From Chloroflexota bacterium (GTDB lineage Bacteria; Chloroflexota; UBA11872; VXOZ01), in assembly GCA_965221905.1 (NCBI GenBank), contig OZ244922.1, positions 3,039,504 through 3,071,503 on the forward strand: DNA of 32,000 nt, given 5' to 3'. The notes under the pieces are model-generated. The model did no database searches and was not told where the DNA came from. It saw only the letters and a list, made by a program, of their open reading frames with translations. The position numbers were made by a program, and so were the translations under genes. This document shows, in pieces, positions 25,558-32,000 of the stretch. How positions within the stretch are numbered: position 1 is the stretch's first letter; each line of letters begins with the position of its first letter.

Positions 25558-26523
25558 TCAACTCGATACGTCCGCAAGCATCTCACGTTTGTACCACTCC
25601 ACGAAGCGCCCGACGCCCTCACTAAACGTGATCTTAGGTGCGAATCCAAGCAACTGCTCTGCCCGGTGAATGTCGGCATACGTCCGTGGCACGTCGCCCG
25701 GCTGCGGCGGGAGCATGATTCGCTCCGCCGTCACACCCAGCACCTTCTCAACTGTAGCGATCATGTCCCGTAAGAGCACGGGATGATTGCCGCCTAGATT
25801 GATCACCTTGTGAGGGAATACGTTGTGCAGCGCCGCCACGACGCCATCGATAATGTCGTCAACGTACGTATAGTCCCGCCCGCTGGAACCGTCGCCATAG
25901 AATGGGATTGGCTCATTCTGCAACAAGAGACGGACAAAGGTGTAGACTGCCAAATCTGGGCGCTGTCGCGGCCCGTGCACATTGAAGAACCGCAGACACG
26001 TCATTGGCAGGTCATAGTTATGTGCGTAGGCGTAGCAGTAAAGCTCCGCGGCGCGCTTGCCGGCTGCATACGGCGAGATGGTGGTACTGATTGGATCGTC
26101 TTCGGAGAACGGCACCTTGGCATTAAGACCGTACACCGATGACGACGATCCCAGAATGAACTGCTCCACGCTGAATTCCCGCGCTTGTTCCAGCACATTG
26201 ATCGTACCTTCGCCAAGCACCCGAGCATATGCTGCCGGTTCCTTAAGCGCCAGGCGCGCGTTGGCGCGCGCCGCAAGATGGACTACGCGCTCAGGTCTTG
26301 CTTCCTTGAAGACGTGGTGCAGTCCGCAGCTATCTAAAATATCCGCATCAAACAGGTGAAATCGAGGGTGGTTGTTGACCGCGGCAAGATTCCGACGCTT
26401 GCGCCGAGGATCATAGAACGAATCGAAGTTGTCCACCACGGAAACATCGTGATCTTCATGCAAGAGCCGTTCCACGAGATGCGAGCCAATGAAACCGGCC
26501 CCGCCGGTAACGAGAATCTTCAT
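25558..26523 (-). CDS. NAD-dependent nucleotide-sugar epimerase/dehydratase (extended SDR; UDP-glucuronate/UDP-glucose 4-epimerase-like)
   Basis: MKILVTGGAGFIGSHLV, SSSSVYG, YAAGKRAAE (YxxxK), RFFNVHGPRQRPD and RDYTYVDD. Confidence 0.9.
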   Translation of the reverse strand: MKILVTGGAGFIGSHLVERLLHEDHDVSVVDNFDSFYDPRRKRRNLAAVNNHPRFHLFDADILDSCGLHHVFKEARPERVVHLAARANARLALKEPAAYARVLGEGTINVLEQAREFSVEQFILGSSSSVYGLNAKVPFSEDDPISTTISPYAAGKRAAELYCYAYAHNYDLPMTCLRFFNVHGPRQRPDLAVYTFVRLLLQNEPIPFYGDGSSGRDYTYVDDIIDGVVAALHNVFPHKVINLGGNHPVLLRDMIATVEKVLGVTAERIMLPPQPGDVPRTYADIHRAEQLLGFAPKITFSEGVGRFVEWYKREMLADVSS

Positions 26524-26780
26524 GTTGCTTGGCTAGACTCCTGCATGACTCTACAATTTGCGCTTATTATAGCGAGGTTTGTTACAAGAGACTCACGCCG
26601 GGGCTCAGCCATGACAGCGCAATGCTTGCATCACCATCTAGAAAATGATTTTCCGTGACCACGCAAAGCTCTTGCGTGGAGGGATTGACAGAAGACCGCA
26701 AGGAGAGACCGGAGCAAACAGTCGTCCCTAAGCTCTGCCGGGCGCCCGTCACGAAGAAGACGTTCGTTCCGGAGAGGATG

Positions 26781-27923
26781 TCACACCGCAGTTGCAAGAG
26801 ATTCCTGCACCGGGCTGAGAGCATGTTCAATGCGCCCGCCGCCAATCACCTCGTCGTCCTGATAGAACACCGCAGCTTGACCGGGCGCAACCGCGCGTAT
26901 TGGCTGCGCGAACGCAACCTTCGCTTCCCCGTTCTCCGTCGGCTCCACGGTTGCTTCCACTTCCGCCATGCGGTAGCGGGTGCGCACGCTCACGCGCATG
27001 GGCTCTCGCGGAGGAGTATCCGCCACCCAGTGCACGTCAACGGCCTGCAAGGCATGCGCATAGAGGTCTGCCTCTTCACCGACGAATACGGTGTTTGCTT
27101 CCGGGTCCAATGCAATAACGTAAAGTGGACGCGGCCACGTCAAGCCCAGCCCTCGGCGCTGCCCAACCGTGTAGTTTACGATACCGCCATGCTCACCCAG
27201 CACCTGTCCGTCCTTGTAGCAAATGGGGCCGGAGCGCGCGATACCGGGCTGCCAAGACTCCAAAAACTCGCGATAATTGTCACTGGTCACAAAGCAAATC
27301 TCGAAACTATCCGGCTTATCCGCCACGTGGAGGCCGTATCGCCTTGCCAAATCTCGTGTCTCAGACTTCGATTGGCCCCCCATTGGAAACAGAGTCTGCG
27401 CCAGTTGGTGCTGACCCAGCATATAGAGCACGTAGGACTGGTCTTTCTGGGGATCGAGCGCGCGAAACAGGCGATAGCTCCCCGATTCCGCATCCTGCTG
27501 GATGCGCGCGTAGTGGCCGGTAGCGAGGTAGTCGGCGTCAAGCTCCTGCGCCCGCTTGAGAAAGGCCGCGAACTTCACGAATTGGTTGCAATCGACGCAC
27601 GGGTTCGGTGTGCGACCTGCGGCGTACGAGGCGACAAATCGCGCCATCACCTCCCGCGCAAATATCTCGCGAAAGTTCAGCGAGTAGTGGGGAATGCCGA
27701 TGCGGTCCGCTACCCTCTGGGCGTCGTGAGTCGCGCTCATCGAGCAGCATGCATGCAGGCGGGTATCTACCATGCCTTTCTGCCAGACATTGAGGGTAAT
27801 GCCGATCACCTCATGTCCCTGGTCGGCAAGCATGGCAGCCACCACAGAGGAATCAACGCCGCCGGACATCGCGACCACGATGCGCAGCGGTTTCGTCGTT
27901 CGTGAAAATGCATTAGCTAACAT
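26781..27923 (-). CDS. mnmA: tRNA-specific 2-thiouridylase
   Basis: PP-loop VAMSGGVDSSV, CCS..D, NPCVDCN, ATGHYA and DQSY motifs, and a C-terminal barrel domain. Full length. Confidence 0.95.
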   Translation of the reverse strand: MLANAFSRTTKPLRIVVAMSGGVDSSVVAAMLADQGHEVIGITLNVWQKGMVDTRLHACCSMSATHDAQRVADRIGIPHYSLNFREIFAREVMARFVASYAAGRTPNPCVDCNQFVKFAAFLKRAQELDADYLATGHYARIQQDAESGSYRLFRALDPQKDQSYVLYMLGQHQLAQTLFPMGGQSKSETRDLARRYGLHVADKPDSFEICFVTSDNYREFLESWQPGIARSGPICYKDGQVLGEHGGIVNYTVGQRRGLGLTWPRPLYVIALDPEANTVFVGEEADLYAHALQAVDVHWVADTPPREPMRVSVRTRYRMAEVEATVEPTENGEAKVAFAQPIRAVAPGQAAVFYQDDEVIGGGRIEHALSPVQESLATAV

Positions 27924-28082
27924 AGCATATTAAGTGTAGCACACCTCCCTTGCCACTCCCTTTTGGAGACCCTTGCAAAACCGGGGCCGGAGGTTCATAA
28001 TCCCCCTCCACTGAGGAGACCATCGTATAAATTAAGTCGTAGGTAGAAGACTCCCTCAACCACTGCATATCTATCTGAAACC

Positions 28083-28252
28083 CCTTCCCCCTTGATGGGG
28101 GAAGGCCGGGATGGGGGTGAAAGGTTGTTTGACGGCGCACAACCGCGAACTACCCACACACCTCTGGATTCCGGCTTTCGCCGGAATGACTGGTTAATGC
28201 AAAGTTCCCTTAGAGAAAAAGGGTTAGAGCTTGCCCCGTATCGAGTACGGGG
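28083..28252. repeat. Cluster of three REP-like GC-rich hairpins in the mnmA/thioesterase intergenic region
   Basis: ccttccccc-ttgat-gggggaagg (28083-28105), attccggc-tttc-gccggaat (28168-28187) and ccccgta-tcgag-tacgggg (28234-28252). None has a U-tract. Confidence 0.5.
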
Positions 28253-28339
28253 ATGAGTAGGAATCCTCGCCATTGTGCCCCGACCCCGCTCGCTTGCTCG
28301 ACGTAGGCAATAGTCTTCCTTGCCGCAGACCCGCGTTCA

Positions 28340-28368
28340 TTGGTCGCATGTGGCGCATACGCTATACT
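28340..28368 (+). promoter_or_regulatory. Possible promoter for the thioesterase gene
   Basis: TTGGTC (28340-28345) - 17 nt - TATACT (28363-28368), 50 nt before the ATG at 28419. Pattern match only. Confidence 0.3.
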
Positions 28369-28418
28369 GATAGCAGCGGGAGCCAAGCACAAATATACAC
28401 ACGTCCAGCACGCAGCGC

Positions 28419-28856
28419 ATGACACTCGACGTCCCAATTCGCGTTCGCTATGCCGAGACCGACGCCATGGGCGTGGCGTATCACGGGCATTACTTTACGT
28501 GGTTCGAAGTAGCCAGAGTAGAACTTATGCGCGCGTTGGGGTTGCGGTATCGAGACCTGGAAGCGGAGGGCATCTACCTGCCGGTAGTGGATTGTCGGGC
28601 GCGCTTCCTCGCTGCCGCCCGCTACGATGCTCCCCTACAGGTGAGCACGGCCCTGATGGCGGCAACACGTGCCAAGATTGTGTTCGGCTATCAAGTGCGT
28701 GAACCTGAGGCTTCACCCGCGCTCCTCGCATGCGGCCAAACAACCCATGCGTTCACCACGCGCGTGGGCCGCGCCACGCGCCTGCCCCAAACCCATCCGC
28801 TTTGGCAGGGCATGCGCCAAGTCGCCTACATGCCTGAATTCGTATCCTTTGACTGA
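28419..28856 (+). CDS. Acyl-CoA thioesterase, 4HBT/YbgC family (hot-dog fold)
   Basis: IRVRYAETDAMGVAYHGHYFTWFEVARVELMRALG matches the YbgC N-terminal catalytic-Asp motif, and the length is typical of a hot-dog fold protein. Confidence 0.85.
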   Translation: MTLDVPIRVRYAETDAMGVAYHGHYFTWFEVARVELMRALGLRYRDLEAEGIYLPVVDCRARFLAAARYDAPLQVSTALMAATRAKIVFGYQVREPEASPALLACGQTTHAFTTRVGRATRLPQTHPLWQGMRQVAYMPEFVSFD

Positions 28857-28875
28857 CCGGGAGGAACCGCCACCA

Positions 28876-29040
28876 ATGACCCCCCGCCCCCAGCGGCAGA
28901 CGCCTTCCACCTTACGGCTTGCTCTCTACGCGCTCGTGCTCGTCATGCTTGTCGTAGCGTTCCTCTACGCGTACGAACTCCTTGGCGGGCCGGTCGACGC
29001 CTTGCTGGACGCTATCGGCGACATCATCGGCCAGTTCTAA
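28876..29040 (+). CDS. Small single-pass membrane protein (54 aa), hypothetical
   Basis: ATG at 28876 with GGGAGGA 10 nt upstream. MTPRPQRQTPSTLRLALYALVLVMLVVAFLYAYELLGG... has one clear TM helix. It is part of the longer track ORF 28669-29040, whose 5' part overlaps the thioesterase gene. Confidence 0.4.
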   Translation: MTPRPQRQTPSTLRLALYALVLVMLVVAFLYAYELLGGPVDALLDAIGDIIGQF

Positions 29041-29231
29041 CATCACAAGTTGCCATCATCGCCGCAAGCGCAAGCTCTGAGGCGGCGGCTGGGCGATGTC
29101 CTACAGGGATTGCAGAGACCTACGCTCGCCCAACGATTGAAAGAAGCCATAGCCCGCCCGTCTCAGCACTTACTGGGCAAGATGTACTCACTACGACTCG
29201 AAAGAATGAAGGCAATACAAGGCGAGGAGGG

Positions 29232-30641
29232 CTAACTCTCCGGCACGGGCGTGGGCGGCGGCTTGGGGGTGAGGTATTCTTCGATGGCCGCCTGGGCGTT
29301 TTGCGCCGCCTCTTCTACCGACACTTGGCCGCGGGCCAAGGGCAGCGTGAGCCGACTAAAGAGCAGCCAGCTCAGTTGGGTTGCCGTGGCCAAATGCGAT
29401 GGTACGCTGTGCAACAGGAGATCGAGCAACACGTCGCGCGCCACGGGGTCCAGAAGCAGCGACATGTGCGCGCCGTCCGGCTTAGCAATGTAACCCTGCG
29501 CTTCGTAAACGGCCGGTACCAGTCGCGTGCGACCGACATGATGGGCTAAGTGGAGCATTGTAGTATAGCCCACATCGCCATTCTGACTGCCCGCGGGCAT
29601 GACAAGCGCCTCTTGCAGGCCCAGAGGCGTGCCGCTCCGATCTTCAGTCGGTATCACCGCCGGCATGCGGTCCGCCCGCAAGCGGCCAAAGAACGGGTTG
29701 AAAACCATCGCCGCCTGCAAGCGCTGACCGTTAACGGTGCCGCGCAAAGTATTCGAATCGACTTCCGGCCCGTGGGGCATGGCTTGATGCGTGCGGCCAA
29801 TCTCCTGCCAGAACGTCAGTCCCCGCAACGCCGGCCGCTCGGTAATCTTGATAGTCCCGGTATCCAGGTCTACAGCGTCGCCGCCTTCTTGCAGGACGAA
29901 GGGCAGCCAACCGGGTATGCGCCATTCGGAGTACCCCCAAAAGTCGATCGCAGTATCGCCGTCAACGTCACGCGTCAGCGATTTAGCAGTGAAGACGAAG
30001 TCCTCGTGGTTCCAGGTGTTCGTGGGAGCCGCTACTTTGAACTCATTGAACTTGGTGCTGTTGTACATCACCATGGCGGGCAGCACGGCTACCGGCACGC
30101 CCATGAGCTGGCGCCGATAGCGCATGAGCTGAACCGCGCTGGGCGCAAAGGATTCAAGGACGTCACTCTCATCGGTCTGGGCATAGCGATCCAGCGGCGA
30201 GACGATTTGGTGGGTAAACGTGCGCGGGAAGTCTAGAGCGGAATGCATCCACGCGATGTCGAGCGGCACACCGCTTGCGTCACGCACCACTACGAACTCG
30301 GTAAAGCTGTCCCGCCACGACTTATTGCTCTGGCGGGCGATTTCTACGGCCTCTAGCTGGGAGCGAGGGCTCGGACCGGGAATCTGCTCTTGATTCCAGG
30401 CGGCGATGGCATTGGTGGCCTCATTCGATATGCCTGCCAGACGTCCCATGAAGACAAACGTCAGGGTCACCAATTCGGCAGACTGCCTGCCACTGGATGA
30501 TTTGGGAGCGTCGCGAAACGGCGCTTTGCCTTCCAGTTCAGGCCGCCCAGGCGCGCGCTCCGGGCCTCCGCCGCACGCTGCCAGCGCAACCGTACTGCCG
30601 CATAGGGCGGCAAGAGCCACAACACACTCTCGTCTAGTCAT
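29232..30641 (-). CDS. Extracellular solute-binding lipoprotein (ABC-type, family-1-like)
   Basis: Signal peptide plus lipobox (VALAACGGG). Size and alpha/beta pattern are typical of sugar/oligosaccharide SBPs. Paralogous to the next gene. Confidence 0.75.
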   Translation of the reverse strand: MTRRECVVALAALCGSTVALAACGGGPERAPGRPELEGKAPFRDAPKSSSGRQSAELVTLTFVFMGRLAGISNEATNAIAAWNQEQIPGPSPRSQLEAVEIARQSNKSWRDSFTEFVVVRDASGVPLDIAWMHSALDFPRTFTHQIVSPLDRYAQTDESDVLESFAPSAVQLMRYRRQLMGVPVAVLPAMVMYNSTKFNEFKVAAPTNTWNHEDFVFTAKSLTRDVDGDTAIDFWGYSEWRIPGWLPFVLQEGGDAVDLDTGTIKITERPALRGLTFWQEIGRTHQAMPHGPEVDSNTLRGTVNGQRLQAAMVFNPFFGRLRADRMPAVIPTEDRSGTPLGLQEALVMPAGSQNGDVGYTTMLHLAHHVGRTRLVPAVYEAQGYIAKPDGAHMSLLLDPVARDVLLDLLLHSVPSHLATATQLSWLLFSRLTLPLARGQVSVEEAAQNAQAAIEEYLTPKPPPTPVPES

Positions 30642-30686
30642 TTGGCATTCTCTTGTACGAAGTGCCTCCTGCCCGCTCTTCCAGTA

Positions 30687-32000
30687 CTAGCTCGGCGGTG
30701 AACCAAGCCAGTCACGCACTGCGGCTGCTCCTCTTTCAAGGGCGGCAGCGGCTGTGAGATTGCCGCGGAGCGCAGGCAAGGCCATCTGCTCTGTTAAAGA
30801 TATCCCTAATCCACTATACAACGAGAGCGTGGTGCCGACACTATACGAGAGGCTACGCAAAACGACATCAGCGCGATCCAGCCCCAGGGCCAGATCGGCG
30901 TGCATCCGATTGGGACGCCGAACAAACTCGATTGCGTTGTTTCGCGGCGGTACGAGCAATTGAGAACCCAACTGCGCGGCCAGTGGCTTGGCAGCGGTAT
31001 AGGCCGCGTCAAGGTCCGCGCTGTTTGCGGAAACACCGACCATATCGGTTACCAACATGGGCACGGCTTGCGCCGGCCCGCTTGGTGTTCCAACGAAGGC
31101 GTACGGCAGCGACGACGGATCCGTATTGTGCCAATTGATGAGTTCTAAGCGCAGCGGCGCGTTCGCTGTACCGGTGCGCCGCCGCAGGATGGAATCCACG
31201 GTCACTTGCGGCCCACTCTCAAGCGCCCCGTATTGGCGGGCCAAATCCAACCAAAACTGAAACCCGCGCCGCGCCTCAGACTCATCGAGCGTAGTTCTCC
31301 CGGCGCCGAGGTCTGCCACACGCCCGCCTGCGCCGATAGTGAACAGCAGCCAGGCGGGAACCGTCCTCGTGCCAAACCCCCACACAGTAGCGCCATTCGC
31401 GGTGTGCGTGAGCGCCGCAGCTTTTGCGGCAAATTCATCCCATGTCCAACTTGACACCGGCGGCGGCACCTCGCGCGCAGAGAGCATGTCAGTATCGTAA
31501 CGCACGGAAAGCACACCCAATGCGGCGGGGAGCGCCATCTGCTGTCCCCAATAACGCAGGGCGTGCAGAGATTCGGGATGGTAGCCTTTGAGCGTGTTGT
31601 CGGAATCGTTGTCGAGGAAGGGATTAAGGGGACGCAGCAAGTCGCCGCGCAATATCTCCGGCAGGTCGTCCTGCAGACTATACCAGACAATGTCCGGCGC
31701 CTCGCCCGCCGCAATGCGCTGACGCACGGCAGCCACAAACGAACGCTCCGGCCTAGGCACGATTGGGATTTCCGTGATGGTGGGCATCCCGCCGCGTCCG
31801 CCGGGCGCCATCCCATAGCGAACGAAGGGCAACACCTTCTCCAGCACAGCGCTCACCCGCTCGCCCGCTCGCACCGCAACGGTTACGTTGACGTCCCTTG
31901 GTTCCGGAGTCGGCGCATCGGAAGCGCCGCGCTTGCCGCAAGCAAGCAACAAGGCGCTGCCCACCACTGCACTTCCCGCCCGTAACAGGTCACGTCGCGT
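30687..32000 (-). CDS. Extracellular solute-binding lipoprotein with a Tat-type signal; 5' end beyond the window
   Basis: The reading frame stays open upstream of the track start. Codons 31968-32000 read TRRDLLRAGSA followed by VVGSALLLACG, which is a twin-arginine motif plus a lipobox. The body resembles family-1 SBPs. Confidence 0.75.
   Translation of the reverse strand, partial: TRRDLLRAGSAVVGSALLLACGKRGASDAPTPEPRDVNVTVAVRAGERVSAVLEKVLPFVRYGMAPGGRGGMPTITEIPIVPRPERSFVAAVRQRIAAGEAPDIVWYSLQDDLPEILRGDLLRPLNPFLDNDSDNTLKGYHPESLHALRYWGQQMALPAALGVLSVRYDTDMLSAREVPPPVSSWTWDEFAAKAAALTHTANGATVWGFGTRTVPAWLLFTIGAGGRVADLGAGRTTLDESEARRGFQFWLDLARQYGALESGPQVTVDSILRRRTGTANAPLRLELINWHNTDPSSLPYAFVGTPSGPAQAVPMLVTDMVGVSANSADLDAAYTAAKPLAAQLGSQLLVPPRNNAIEFVRRPNRMHADLALGLDRADVVLRSLSYSVGTTLSLYSGLGISLTEQMALPALRGNLTAAAALERGAAAVRDWLGSPPS

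Noticed and set aside
26655-27905. 416-aa ORF on the plus strand
   Set aside because: It is antisense to mnmA, which has all its hallmark motifs. It shows no family resemblance and has Arg/His-rich shadow-frame composition.
29050-29235. 61-aa plus-strand ORF (TTG start) between the small membrane protein and the SBP gene
   Set aside because: It has no SD sequence, a non-ATG start, mixed codon usage, and a 3' end overlapping the convergent SBP stop. The evidence is insufficient to call it a gene.

Overview
This is a GC-rich (roughly 58-60%), gene-dense bacterial chromosomal segment with genes on both strands. I can support about 25 protein-coding genes. I found no rRNA, tRNA, CRISPR array, transposase, integrase or phage gene. 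The genes fall into five groups. (a) Housekeeping: ribosomal protein S21, MnmA, a YjbQ-family protein and a YbgC-type thioesterase. (b) Aromatic amino-acid pathway genes scattered across the window: a PchB/AroQ-type chorismate mutase, a type I-beta DAHP synthase with an N-terminal regulatory domain, and EPSP synthase with an AhpD/CMD-family gene wedged in front of it. (c) Envelope-glycan genes: GDP-mannose 4,6-dehydratase, a GT2 plus GT-C-like pair, an SDR sugar epimerase, and three roughly 1050-aa polytopic membrane proteins. (d) A compact operon of a CinA-like gene, a small ORF, an enolase-superfamily gene and a Gfo/Idh/MocA gene, followed by a lectin-like lipoprotein. (e) Two tandem solute-binding lipoproteins. 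Four things deserve a second look. First, two tandem 1052-aa membrane-protein paralogs share a perfectly identical 989-bp 5' segment and a second near-identical 281-bp block, while the rest is strongly diverged; this mosaic suggests gene conversion or cassette exchange. Second, a mini-ORF with three consecutive Tyr codons, alternative hairpins and a canonical intrinsic terminator sits in front of the DAHP synthase gene, which looks like a candidate Tyr-sensing leader-peptide attenuator. Third, a single 1053-aa protein fuses an extracytoplasmic clan GH-A glycoside hydrolase and a beta-sandwich module to an O-antigen-ligase/polymerase-type membrane domain. Fourth, clusters of REP-like GC hairpins occupy the larger intergenic gaps. 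All functional calls come from motif recognition by eye; no database search was run.
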